From Myxococcota bacterium (lineage in GTDB: Bacteria > Myxococcota_A > UBA9160 > JAFDDA01), in the NCBI GenBank assembly GCA_965228475.1, contig OZ245817.1, positions 4,160,001-4,224,000 of the forward strand: a stretch of 64,000 bases of DNA. The letters are read 5' to 3'. The position numbers were made by a program, and so were the translations under genes. This document shows, one piece after another, positions 9,422-18,259 of the stretch (positions are counted from its first letter, which is position 1; the number at the start of each line of letters is the position of its first letter). The notes beneath the pieces are model-generated. The model did not search any database. It was not told the DNA's origin and saw nothing but the letters and a program-made list of their open reading frames with translations.

Positions 9422-9530
9422 CCGAACGGATCACGGGACCGAGGCCTGGGCGCTCGGCGAGTAGCCGAACGGATCACGGGACCGAGGCCTGGGCGCTCGG
9501 CGAGTAGCCGAACGGAGCACGGAACCGAGG
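9397..9530 (+). repeat. 43-bp tandem repeat, 3 copies plus 5 bp
   Basis: Unit CGAGGCCTGGGCGCTCGGCGAGTAGCCGAACGGATCACGGGAC starts at 9397, 9440 and 9483 (third copy has 2 substitutions), with a partial copy at 9526. Confidence 0.95.
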
Positions 9531-9540
9531 GCGGGGCGCC

Positions 9541-10551
9541 CTACTCTTCCGGCTTCGCGGGCGGCGGGGCGAAGTCCACGGTGGCGTGGAAGCCGAGGGT
9601 CGACTGGCCGAAGCCGTCGGGCTCGAGCAGCATGGCTTCGACGCCCTCGTGATCCGCGAGCAGCGGGAAGGCTTCCTCGGGCGGGAGCACCAGCAACGCC
9701 TTGCTCCAGGCTTCGGCCACGGCGCCGCTCGGCGCGACGATCACCGCGCCGGTCTGGCGATCGACCGGCAGGCCCGAACGCGGATCGATCACGTGCCCGA
9801 GGCGCTTGCCGTCGACCACCGCGGACTCCCGGAAGCTCTCGCTCACGGAGACCGAGACGTCCGTCAGGCTGGCGATGCCGGCATAGCCGCCGCGCGGATC
9901 CTTCACGAGCACGCGCCAGACCGGGCCGTCCTCGGGCTCGCCGAGGGCGAGCAGGCTCGACTGGCCGAAGGACAGGAGCGCCCGCTCGATGCCGCGATCC
10001 TTCAGGAGCTCGCCGAGGCGGTCGAGGGTCCAGCCCTTGGCGAAGCCGCCGAGATCGATGGACATGCCGGCCCGCGCGAGCCGAACCTTCTCCTCGTCGA
10101 TCTCGATGCCCTCGAAGCCGGTCTGGGCGCGCGCCGCGGCGAGGGCCTCCTCCGCGGGCCAGACGCCGCTCTCGCCGGCCTGCTTCCAGACCCCGACGAG
10201 CGGGCCGACGGTCGGATCGAAGGCCCCCTGGGTCGCCCGCGCCAGGGCGACGGCGTCTTCCAGGATGCGCGTCACCTCCTCGGGAACCTCGGAGATCTCG
10301 CCGCCCGCGCGCCGGTTCAGCTGCGCGACGGCGGAATCCTCGCTCCAACCCGTAAAGAGCTTCTCGAGCGCGTCGGCCCGGGCGAAGCACGCCTCGAGGG
10401 CCGCGCGCGCCTTCTCCCCGTCCTCGGCAACGACGGTGATCTCGAGGGCGGTCCCCATGGCGGTCCGCCCTTCCCGCACGGTCTCGGCTTCGGCCACCGG
10501 CGCGAGCGCCAGTGCCAGTCCGAGCGCCCACCCCAGGAACCGCGAGATCAT
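9541..10551 (-). CDS. apbE: FAD:protein FMN transferase
   Basis: AMGT, GAFDPTVGPL, IDLGGFAKGW, HVIDPRSG. Signal peptide has no lipobox. Confidence 0.9.
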   Translation of the reverse strand: MISRFLGWALGLALALAPVAEAETVREGRTAMGTALEITVVAEDGEKARAALEACFARADALEKLFTGWSEDSAVAQLNRRAGGEISEVPEEVTRILEDAVALARATQGAFDPTVGPLVGVWKQAGESGVWPAEEALAAARAQTGFEGIEIDEEKVRLARAGMSIDLGGFAKGWTLDRLGELLKDRGIERALLSFGQSSLLALGEPEDGPVWRVLVKDPRGGYAGIASLTDVSVSVSESFRESAVVDGKRLGHVIDPRSGLPVDRQTGAVIVAPSGAVAEAWSKALLVLPPEEAFPLLADHEGVEAMLLEPDGFGQSTLGFHATVDFAPPPAKPEE

Positions 10552-11057
10552 CCGAAGTCCTCCCCGGACATGTAGTTCTCGGACTTCGCCGTGAAGACGG
10601 ACCACAGCGAGATCACGACCAGAACCGCGAGGCTCGATTGTAGCGAGACGAAGCCGAGCACCTTCACGAAGGCCAGGTCCGCGGAGACGAAGCGAACCAG
10701 CCAGCCGCCGGCCTCGTCGACGAGCGCGGAGGCGAAGGGGAGCACGATCAGCCAGAGCTTCCAGCGGTTCGAGATCGGCACGAACAGCATCAGATGCGTC
10801 AGGACCAGAAGGAGCATTCCCATCGCGAACAGATGGAAGTGCGAGACCTCGAGCAGGCCCTGGTAGCTCCGCGGCTGCAGGAACTGCTCCTCGTTGCCCA
10901 GGTAGTAGTGGACTACCGAGCTCGGCCAGAGGCTCATCTTGTTGAAGTAGAGGAGCGCGTTCGTCCACCAGAGGCCGATCACGTAGATCGAGTAGAGCAC
11001 GACGATCGTCTGGAGCAGACGATTGCGGTCCCATTCCCCGGTGACGACGAAGCGCAT
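10548..11057 (-). CDS. Membrane protein (about 4 TM) with HFHLF motif
   Basis: Hydrophobic helices, LLEVSHFHLFAMG and LTHL. Coupled to its neighbours by overlap or a 1-bp gap. Confidence 0.75.
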   Translation of the reverse strand: MRFVVTGEWDRNRLLQTIVVLYSIYVIGLWWTNALLYFNKMSLWPSSVVHYYLGNEEQFLQPRSYQGLLEVSHFHLFAMGMLLLVLTHLMLFVPISNRWKLWLIVLPFASALVDEAGGWLVRFVSADLAFVKVLGFVSLQSSLAVLVVISLWSVFTAKSENYMSGEDFG

Positions 11058-11058
11058 G

Positions 11059-11664
11059 CTACCGCTCTCCCAGGGGTTCATTAGCACCCCCCGCGGCGGG
11101 CGCCTCGTCTTTCACGAGGAGCCGGTGGAGCGCGAGCGCCCGGCGGACGCCCCCCGCGACCGCCCGCGCCGAGAGCGTCGAACCGGCGATGCCGTGGATG
11201 GCGCCCCCGATGCGGGTCTCGTCCTCGAGCCCGCGCGCCTCGAACTGCTCGAGCCAACGCTTCGAGGGCTCGTACTCGGGCGGCTCGTAGAAGGCCAGGA
11301 CCCGAAGGTTCCGAACCTTGCCCTCGGGCGTCATCACCACGAGGAACGCCTCCGGGAGGGTCCGGACGGTGTGGATGTCGATCACCGCGTAGCCGGTGGC
11401 CTGCCCCGCCGCGTCGTAGGCGGTGTAGAGCTTCACGATCTTGCTCTCGAGCTTCGACCGGGCGTCCTGCTCGACGGCATTCGCCTGGGCGGCACTCAGG
11501 ACGTGGGTCTTCTCCTCGACGCGGGCGGCGCCCGGGAAGGCCCACTCGAGCGCCTCCTTCCGCGAGAGATGCACCTTCGCCGTGGCCGGCAGAGCCAGTC
11601 CCACGGCGAAGATCGATCCGAGGAGAAGCGCGCCCCAGGCGCGCAGCGTGTGACTAGAAAGCAA
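11059..11664 (-). CDS. Exported FMN-binding (flavinylated) domain protein
   Basis: Signal peptide, LAFYEPPEY, and IHGIAGSTLS as a variant of the [S/T]GA[S/T] flavinylation motif. Sits upstream of apbE. TTG start is uncertain. Confidence 0.8.
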   Translation of the reverse strand: MLSSHTLRAWGALLLGSIFAVGLALPATAKVHLSRKEALEWAFPGAARVEEKTHVLSAAQANAVEQDARSKLESKIVKLYTAYDAAGQATGYAVIDIHTVRTLPEAFLVVMTPEGKVRNLRVLAFYEPPEYEPSKRWLEQFEARGLEDETRIGGAIHGIAGSTLSARAVAGGVRRALALHRLLVKDEAPAAGGANEPLGER

Positions 11665-12994
11665 GCCCCATTCCCACGGCGACCTCGTCGGGCCGCTCCC
11701 CGGCGTGCGGGTCGAAGTTCCGGTACTCCAGCTTCAGCACCACGTTCGGGTGCGGATAGAACTGGATCCCGGGATTGTAGAGCCAGAACGTACGATTGCG
11801 ATTCGCGATGAAGCCCGTTGGGACCTTGCGCTGGGTGTCGACGTACTCGACCCGGAAGAAGGGCTCGAGGCGCTTGCTGTGGTCCCCGAAGAGCAGCGAC
11901 CAGATGTCGTAGGCGAACTCGACGTAGCCGCCGAGCTGGGTGCCGGCGATCGGGGCGTTCACGCCGGGGACGCGGCCGAGCGAGAGGTTGAAGTCCCGCA
12001 CGTTCGAGAGGTGGGAGTACGCCAGCAGGACGCGGGTGTGGAAGCCACCCCGCTGAAACTGGCCGTGGAACTCGGCGATCATGAGCGCGGACTCGTCGAG
12101 GTCGACGCCGTTCACCTCGAGATCCTGATCGACCTCGCCGTAGAAGAACGAGCCGCCGAGCAGCAGGCCTTCGACGGCGTCCGGGCGCCAATCGAGCCGC
12201 ACCACGCCGGCCCAGTCTTCGGCGAGGGCTCGGTTGCCCTTCTGGCGGCCGCCGCGGATGCCCGCGTCGCTGAAGCGCGAGCCGTTCAGGCTGTTCATAG
12301 CGTAGACGCGGTACTCGAGCGTCTCGCTGAGCCGCCCGAAGATGCCCGCGCCGTTCTCGCGCCAGGTGGTCGGGATGATCGTCTGCTCCGTCACCGGGCG
12401 CTGGACGCCGTAGAAGAACGGCGGCTCGTGGATCTCGTTGACGAAGCCGATCGGCGCGAGCAGCATGCCGCCGCGGAAGTTCAGCTTCTCGTGGAAGAGG
12501 TAGTCGAGCGTCGCGAGCTCGACGGAGACGCTACCGCCACCGCTCACGTTGGTGATGGCGCTCGTGCTCGCGTGCTCGAACTCGATCTCGGTGTTGAAGA
12601 TCAACTTCTCGGTGAACTTGTACCCGAAGTACATGACCATGCGCAGGAAGTCGGCGCGGTCGAGGTCCGTCGAGTCCTTGTCGTCGACGAACATGCGGTA
12701 GTTCGCCTCGGCGTAGCCGCCGATCGAGAGGCCGCGCTCGACGCCGTAGATCTTGCTCGCCGCCGGGCCGAGGCCGTAGACGGAGGTGAGCTCGGGCTCG
12801 TCGGGTACGGCGACCTGATCGCGCAGGCGCGCGAGCTCGTCGATGACGGTGGCGAGGGTGCCTTCGAGCTGTTCGATCCGGTCGTCGCGGGCGCGGATCG
12901 CGTCCGCGTCCTCGCTAGCGGCGAAGGCCAGCGGCGAGAGGGTGATTCCCCAGGCAAGCGCCACGGCTACGGTCAGAGAAGTGGGTCGGGTCAC
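11654..12994 (-). CDS. Outer-membrane porin (OprO/P-like beta-barrel) with N-terminal coiled coil
   Basis: Signal peptide, coiled coil, IGGYAE, FNTEIEFEH, NEIHEPPFF, IIPTTWRE, terminal Phe. Confidence 0.8.
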   Translation of the reverse strand: MTRPTSLTVAVALAWGITLSPLAFAASEDADAIRARDDRIEQLEGTLATVIDELARLRDQVAVPDEPELTSVYGLGPAASKIYGVERGLSIGGYAEANYRMFVDDKDSTDLDRADFLRMVMYFGYKFTEKLIFNTEIEFEHASTSAITNVSGGGSVSVELATLDYLFHEKLNFRGGMLLAPIGFVNEIHEPPFFYGVQRPVTEQTIIPTTWRENGAGIFGRLSETLEYRVYAMNSLNGSRFSDAGIRGGRQKGNRALAEDWAGVVRLDWRPDAVEGLLLGGSFFYGEVDQDLEVNGVDLDESALMIAEFHGQFQRGGFHTRVLLAYSHLSNVRDFNLSLGRVPGVNAPIAGTQLGGYVEFAYDIWSLLFGDHSKRLEPFFRVEYVDTQRKVPTGFIANRNRTFWLYNPGIQFYPHPNVVLKLEYRNFDPHAGERPDEVAVGMGLAF

Positions 12995-13044
12995 GGAGCA
13001 CTCCCGGAACGGGCGCCGGCCTCATGAGCGGCGCGCGCGGGTGG

Positions 13045-13072
13045 GGACTCGGGACTCGGGGTCTCTGGCCTC
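13045..13072 (-). promoter_or_regulatory. Four tandem GAGNCC hexamers in porin leader (candidate Com-like protein binding site)
   Basis: Minus strand GAGGCC-a-GAGACC-cc-GAGTCC-c-GAGTCC at 13067-72, 13060-65, 13052-57 and 13045-50. Function is inferred. Confidence 0.45.
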
Positions 13073-13119
13073 TGCGGTGGACGAGAAGATCGTTCGTGAG
13101 GGTTCGGGCGGCGGGCACG

Positions 13120-13371
13120 CTAGCGCCCCCGCCCGATGGAATGGACGACGCGGGCCGCGGGCCGGCCCGGCGCCAGCGCCGGAGAGGATGTGGCCTCGAC
13201 CCAATCGTTCCCGGCGCTGAAGGGAACGAGCAGGTCGCGCTTGCAGCGCCGGCAGCGGATCTCGACGCCGTTCTCGACGATCCGGGCGAGCAGGCTGCCG
13301 CACTCGCAGCGGCACTGGTCCGTGGCGGGCGCGCGCCGAGACTCACTCGTTTCGGGCTGATTTAGCCCCAT
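13120..13371 (-). CDS. Com-family (Mu Com-like) zinc-finger protein
   Basis: RCECGSLLAR...VEIRCRRCKR matches the Com pattern RC.CG.LLA....I.C.RC. GGAG RBS; first gene downstream of the Fur-boxed promoter. Confidence 0.7.
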   Translation of the reverse strand: MGLNQPETSESRRAPATDQCRCECGSLLARIVENGVEIRCRRCKRDLLVPFSAGNDWVEATSSPALAPGRPAARVVHSIGRGR

Positions 13372-13447
13372 GATTGGACTCCCGGGTGCCTGGGCCGTTC
13401 GAGGCGGCCTCGTTCGGCCCGTTCGAGCGTCGTGCGCTTCAAATGAA

Positions 13448-13466
13448 ATTGAAAATGAAATTCAAT
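13448..13466. promoter_or_regulatory. Fur box
   Basis: ATTGAAAATGAAATTCAAT, a 19-bp imperfect palindrome in an AT-rich patch, like the deltaproteobacterial TGAAAATnATTTTCA Fur motif. A fur gene lies 1.7 kb away. Confidence 0.8.
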
Positions 13467-13477
13467 ATCCGGCGCGC

Positions 13478-13506
13478 AGAGTACGCCCGCTGCCCGGGGG
13501 TGTCAA
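13478..13506 (-). promoter_or_regulatory. Sigma70-type promoter for the com-porin operon
   Basis: TTGACA (13506-13501), 17 bp spacer, TACTCT (13483-13478). The Fur box is just downstream. Confidence 0.7.
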
Positions 13507-13526
13507 TGGCGGGGGAGGAGATGGGG

Positions 13527-15203
13527 CTAGTTCGTGGCGGGCGGTGCCGGTGCGGGCGGCTTCGGCGCCTGGAGCGGGAGGGCCCGGCCGTCGAGGACCT
13601 TCGGCGGGGGGATCCCGAGATGCTCGGCGAGGGTCGGGGCGAGGTCGACCGTGGCGACCTCCCCGGAGATCCGGCCCTTCTCGATGCCCGGCCCGTAGAA
13701 GACGAGCGGGACGTTGCGGTCGGCCGGGTACGGCGAGCCGTGGTTCGCGCCGGTCGGGTAGCTCGTATAGAGACAGGTGGGCTCGGCCTGGATCTCGAAG
13801 TCGCCGCCGCGCTCCGGGTCCCAGGAGTTCGCGTAGAGCGTGGCGTAGGGCTCGGGCCCGCTCCCCGCCTGGATCTCCGCGGCCGTCCAGACGCGGCGGA
13901 TCCCGGGCTGCTTCTCCAGGTAGCTCTTGGCCTCGGCAACGATCTCGTCGACCGCGACCTGCCGCTCGGCGGCGAAGGATCGGTTCACCGTGAAGCGGTA
14001 GCCCGAGCGCTGGGCCCACTCCCCGTCCGCGTGGGCGAAGTTCTTCTCGAGATGGGCGTTGAGCCCCGCCGCCAGGGCCCGGGAATCGGCGCGCCCGCCG
14101 GGGATCGGACACTTGCCCCGGCCCGTCTCGTGCAGCCACTCCGGGATGGGCGTCACACCGTGGTCCGAGGTGACCGCGATCCAGAGCTTGTCCTGGTCGA
14201 CCTCGTCCTCGACGTCGTCGAGGAAGTCCTCGAGCCAGGCATCGAGCCGCTGCAGCGCATCCAGGGCTTCGTGGCTCTCGGGGCCGTGGAGGTGGCCCAC
14301 GTAGTCGAAGCTCGAGAGGGAGACGGCCAGCAGGTCGAGGTGCCCGCGCCGCTGACCGAGGCGCTCGCCCTCGATCAGCTCCTTGGCGAAGCGCAGGACG
14401 ACCTCGTCGCCCCAGGGCGACCAGGTGAAGCGCTCCGCGTCGTCCGCCTCGTCTTCGCCGAGCAGGAGCGGGTGCGGGCTCCCGCGGCCGAAGCGGTCGG
14501 ACTCGAGCGCGTAGTCGTCGCGACGCCCGCTCGGCAGCGGCGCCGTCGCGTGCGTCCACATGCGCGGAGCCTCGTCGAAGAAGTCGCGCCGGTTGAAGCG
14601 CTTCACCCACTCCGGGAGGTCGCGCCGGTAGTAGCGGCTGGTCGTGAAGCCCGCGCCCTCGGCGCTGCGGAACCAGAACGCCCCTGTCGCGCGCCGGCCG
14701 CCCAGCATGATGGCCGCGCGGTCCTTGCTCGAGACCGCGTAGACCTTCGAACCCGGGTCCGCGCCGCGCATCCAGTCGCCGAGGGTCTCGACGCGCAGCC
14801 AGCGCGGCGAGCGCCCGCCGTCGCCGTGGAGCGTCGCGGTCGCGGGGTTCGGGTCTTCGACGCAGTAGCGCGTCTCCCCGGACTCCCGCTGGACGAAGAC
14901 GTTGCCGGGGATGCCGGCCGGGCCGGCGTGGCGCCCGCTCAGGATGACCGCGTGCCCGGGGCAGGTCTCGGTGTGCGCGTGGCCCACGGCGGCGTCCGTG
15001 AAGAAGCGGCCCTCGCGCGCCAGCCAGCCGAGCCCCCCCGGCAGCTCCGGGTCGAGCTCATCCGCGCGCAGCTGATCGATCACGAACACGAGCACGAGGC
15101 CCTCGACGCTCCCTTCCGGGGCATCGGCGGGGACCGCCATCGGCAGGCCCGAAGAGCAGCCGAGGACGGTGGCAGCCAGCAATGCGAGAGACCGCTTCGT
15201 CAC
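13527..15203 (-). CDS. Alkaline phosphatase family protein (PafA-like)
   Basis: VIDQLR, HTETCPGH (Thr nucleophile), SSKDRAAI, DYVGH, TSDHG, NHGSPY. Lipoprotein-like signal VLG-C. Confidence 0.88.
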   Translation of the reverse strand: MTKRSLALLAATVLGCSSGLPMAVPADAPEGSVEGLVLVFVIDQLRADELDPELPGGLGWLAREGRFFTDAAVGHAHTETCPGHAVILSGRHAGPAGIPGNVFVQRESGETRYCVEDPNPATATLHGDGGRSPRWLRVETLGDWMRGADPGSKVYAVSSKDRAAIMLGGRRATGAFWFRSAEGAGFTTSRYYRRDLPEWVKRFNRRDFFDEAPRMWTHATAPLPSGRRDDYALESDRFGRGSPHPLLLGEDEADDAERFTWSPWGDEVVLRFAKELIEGERLGQRRGHLDLLAVSLSSFDYVGHLHGPESHEALDALQRLDAWLEDFLDDVEDEVDQDKLWIAVTSDHGVTPIPEWLHETGRGKCPIPGGRADSRALAAGLNAHLEKNFAHADGEWAQRSGYRFTVNRSFAAERQVAVDEIVAEAKSYLEKQPGIRRVWTAAEIQAGSGPEPYATLYANSWDPERGGDFEIQAEPTCLYTSYPTGANHGSPYPADRNVPLVFYGPGIEKGRISGEVATVDLAPTLAEHLGIPPPKVLDGRALPLQAPKPPAPAPPATN

Positions 15204-15213
15204 CCGACCCTCG

Positions 15214-15645
15214 TCAGTCTTTGCCGCAATCCGAGCAGTGACCGTAGAGTTCGTGGCGGTGACGCAGGATGCGGAAGCCGTAGCGCTCCGCGATCCGGTT
15301 CTGCGTGGACTCGATCATCGCGCACTCGAACTCGATGATCTTTCCGCAGCGGGTGCAGACGAGGTGATCGTGATGCTCCTGCTCGATCTCGTAGCGCGTC
15401 ACGCCGTCTTCGAAGTTGCGCTCGATGGCGAGGCCTGCGTCGCACAGGAGTTTCAGCGTGCGGTAGACCGTCGTGAAGCCGATGTTCGGGTGGTCGTCGC
15501 GAACCTTCTGGAAGAGCTCGTCGCTCGTGATGTGGCCCTTGGCGTTCAGGAACACCTCGAGGATCGCGTCGCGCTGCTTCGTCTGCTTGAGGTTGTGGTC
15601 CTCGAGATAGCGCGCGAGTGCCTGTCGTTCGACCTCGTGGGACAT
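15214..15645 (-). CDS. fur: Ferric uptake regulator
   Basis: TKQRDAIL, TTVYRTLKLL, HHDHLVCTRCG, C-terminal CxxC. Confidence 0.92.
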   Translation of the reverse strand: MSHEVERQALARYLEDHNLKQTKQRDAILEVFLNAKGHITSDELFQKVRDDHPNIGFTTVYRTLKLLCDAGLAIERNFEDGVTRYEIEQEHHDHLVCTRCGKIIEFECAMIESTQNRIAERYGFRILRHRHELYGHCSDCGKD

Positions 15646-15715
15646 GGCGTTCCAACCTACTAGAGGGCATGGGGCCCGGCAACTTCCCCCGCAGGCACCC
15701 GCCTGCGGCCCGCTC

Positions 15716-16192
15716 TTAGAGACGGGCGAGCAGCTCCTCGGCCTCGTAGGCGACGTCGTCGTCGCCGCTGCTCTCGAGCACGCGAAGCTGGCTCTTCACG
15801 CCCCGGGAGATCTCGAACGCTCCGGCGTCGAGGCCCGCCGCGAGGCTCCGGATCGCCTCGGCCACGACGGCGGGATCGTCCGCATCGAGGAAGAGCGAAA
15901 GCAGAGAGGCATCGTCCGGCGTGCCGACGGCGGCGTGATACGCCTGGCAGGCTTCCGTGAAGGCCGGCGTCCCGTGGGCGTCTCGGACCGCCTTCGCCAG
16001 CTCCTCGCCGGCGGCGCCGCCCTTCGCCTCGCTGAAGAGTTTGTCGGCCTCCTTGAGGTAGCTCTCGGTGGCCTGCTTCATCTGGGCCTCGGCCCGTGCG
16101 CCGCGCGGCCGCCGGGGGCCCGGCCCATCGCCCTTCTCCTTCCGGAGACGGTCGAGCTCGCTGAAGGTCAGCTTCTGGCGGTCGTCACTCAT
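15716..16192 (-). CDS. Hypothetical protein
   Basis: MSDDRQKLTFSELDRLRKEK..., helical. GGGGAG RBS; overlaps the TPR gene. Confidence 0.65.
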   Translation of the reverse strand: MSDDRQKLTFSELDRLRKEKGDGPGPRRPRGARAEAQMKQATESYLKEADKLFSEAKGGAAGEELAKAVRDAHGTPAFTEACQAYHAAVGTPDDASLLSLFLDADDPAVVAEAIRSLAAGLDAGAFEISRGVKSQLRVLESSGDDDVAYEAEELLARL

Positions 16193-16568
16193 GGGACTCC
16201 CCCTTGGGCGCGCGCGGCTCCGCGGCGACGGGAGGCAGGAGCCGTCCGGCCCGGGCCGCCTGCAGGTTGTGCTGCGCCGCGTCGTTGTCGCAGTCGAGAT
16301 CCACGGCGCGCTCGAAGGCGCCGAGGGCCTCGGCGTCCCGCCCGACCCGCGCGTAGGCGAGGCCCAGGTGGTTGTGGACCTCGGAGGCCTCGGGCAGCAG
16401 CCTCGCCGCGGCCTCGAGATCCTCGACGGCGTGGGCGTGCCGCCCGGCGTCGAGGGCCTCCGTCCCGCTCGCGTAGAGCTGTGCGCCCCGGACGCCGGCA
16501 CATCCTGCCGCCGTCGAGAGCACCGCGAGGGCCAGGGCCCCGAACGGGCTGAACCACTGCCTACTCAT
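16185..16568 (-). CDS. TPR-repeat lipoprotein
   Basis: Lipobox AAG-C; TPR helices (HNHLGLAYARVGR..EALGAFERAV). Confidence 0.75.
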   Translation of the reverse strand: MSRQWFSPFGALALAVLSTAAGCAGVRGAQLYASGTEALDAGRHAHAVEDLEAAARLLPEASEVHNHLGLAYARVGRDAEALGAFERAVDLDCDNDAAQHNLQAARAGRLLPPVAAEPRAPKGESHE

Positions 16569-16838
16569 CGGGAAAAGGGTACCGCTTCCCATCCGGCCTC
16601 GGGCCCGGAATTGCCCGAACGAAGCGGGCGTGGTACTTCTCTGTCGTTGAACGAGCGGTCCGTTGCTCGTTCACGATTTCCTGCCGAGAGGATTCTCGAT
16701 GAATTCCAACTTCATGCAGAAGCGATTGCCGGGCGGGCGCCTTCGGGCCGGCCTGCCGTCTGGCACCCCCTATCGCGTTCGTCCATGAAGTAGGCGGCTC
16801 CCGATGCTTCACCGGAGGCCACGGACGCGAAAGCGACC

Positions 16839-18236
16839 GTGGCCTCCGTCGTTTCCGGCATCCGGAGTCTCCTCATGACCCAGCTCCAAGAATCCTACGA
16901 AGCCAACCCGCGCGCGCGCGGCGGGATGCGCGAACTCTCCCTGCTCGCCTACCCCGTCGTGCTCTCGCACCTCTCGGGCTCGGCCATGCAGGTGATCGAT
17001 TCCATCATGGTCGGCCGCCTCGGTCCGACCGAGCTCGCAGCCGTGGGCTACGGCGGCATCTGGATCTGGACCGCGCTCACGCTCTTCATGGGCACGGCCA
17101 CGGGCGTCCAGACCTTCGTGTCCCAGGCCGACGGCGCGGGCGAAGCCGAACGCTGCGGCCGCTGGACGTGGCAGGGCTTCTACGCGGTCGCGCCGGTGAC
17201 GGTGCTCTGGATCGGTGCGTTCGTCGCCGTCTTCCCGGCCCTGCTCGAGGCGCTCGGGCCGTCGGAGGCCCTGCGCGAGCACTCGATCGCCTACGTCTCG
17301 ACGCGCTCCCTCGGCTGCCTCGGGCTCGGCGCCTTCATGGTGCTGTCGTCCTTCTACCGGGGGATCGGCGACACCCGCACGCCGCTCGTCGCGAGCCTGA
17401 TCTCGACGGCGGCGAACGTCTTCGCGAACTACGTGCTGATCTTCGGCCACTTCGGGGCGCCGGCCCTCGGCGTGAAGGGGGCGGGCCTCGGGACGGCGAT
17501 CGCGGAGTGCACGGGCGCCCTCGTGCTGCTCGTGCTGGTCTTGCGCCCGCGCTTTGCCCGCTTCGAGCTCGGCATCGTCGCGCCCTCCCACCGGGAGATC
17601 GTGCGCTTCCTGCGCACGAGCCTCCCGATCGGCGGGCAGTGGTTCATCGAGATGTCCTCGTTCTCGGTGTTCTCGACCCTCGTCGCGCTGATGGGGGACC
17701 GGGCGATGGCCGCGAGCCAGGCGCTGATCGCGCTGCTCTCGCTCTCGTTCATGCAGGCGGTCGGGATCGGCATCGCCTCGGCGACGCTCGTCGGGCGCTA
17801 CATCGGCGCCCGGCACCTCGACGCGGCCGAGCGCGCGCACGGCAACGCCCTCCGGCTCGGCTGTCTGCTCGCGACGGTCGTCGGGCTGCTGCTCTTCTTC
17901 GGCGCCGAGAGCCTGATGCGTCTCTTCACGGACGACGCCGAGGTCGTCCAGCTGGGTGCGCCGCTGATCCGGGTCGGCATCCTCGTGCAGGCCTTCGACG
18001 CCCTGAACATCATCACGAGCGGCTCACTCCGGGGCGCGGGCGACACGCGCTGGCCCTTCGCGGTGCAATCGCTCATGGCCTGGGGCGTCGGCGTTCCGCT
18101 CGCCTATCTCTTCGGGGTGATGATGGGGCACGGCGTGATCGGCGCCTGGGGCGCCCTCGCCGTTTCGATGGCGCTGCTCTCGGCCCTGCTGGTGCGGCGC
18201 TTCCACGGAGGCGCCTGGCGGCGGATCCACATCTGA
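16839..18236 (+). CDS. MATE family efflux transporter
   Basis: DSIMVGRLG..ELAAVG, RGIGDTRTP, LIFGHFG.PALGVKGAG, about 12 TM. Start may be 16876. Confidence 0.92.
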   Translation: MASVVSGIRSLLMTQLQESYEANPRARGGMRELSLLAYPVVLSHLSGSAMQVIDSIMVGRLGPTELAAVGYGGIWIWTALTLFMGTATGVQTFVSQADGAGEAERCGRWTWQGFYAVAPVTVLWIGAFVAVFPALLEALGPSEALREHSIAYVSTRSLGCLGLGAFMVLSSFYRGIGDTRTPLVASLISTAANVFANYVLIFGHFGAPALGVKGAGLGTAIAECTGALVLLVLVLRPRFARFELGIVAPSHREIVRFLRTSLPIGGQWFIEMSSFSVFSTLVALMGDRAMAASQALIALLSLSFMQAVGIGIASATLVGRYIGARHLDAAERAHGNALRLGCLLATVVGLLLFFGAESLMRLFTDDAEVVQLGAPLIRVGILVQAFDALNIITSGSLRGAGDTRWPFAVQSLMAWGVGVPLAYLFGVMMGHGVIGAWGALAVSMALLSALLVRRFHGGAWRRIHI

Positions 18237-18259
18237 GGCGGCACGGGTGCCGCGGGCCG

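Noticed and set aside
9397..9530. Possible CRISPR array
   Set aside because: The units are contiguous near-identical tandem copies with no unique spacers, and no cas genes are present.
13120..13371. Prophage remnant suggested by the Mu Com-like gene
   Set aside because: No mom/methylase, structural, integrase or transposase genes nearby; the context is a host Fur-boxed operon.
16761..16776. TGGCAC upstream of the MATE gene as a sigma54 promoter
   Set aside because: The -12 GC is one base out of register (TGGCACCCCCTATCGC).
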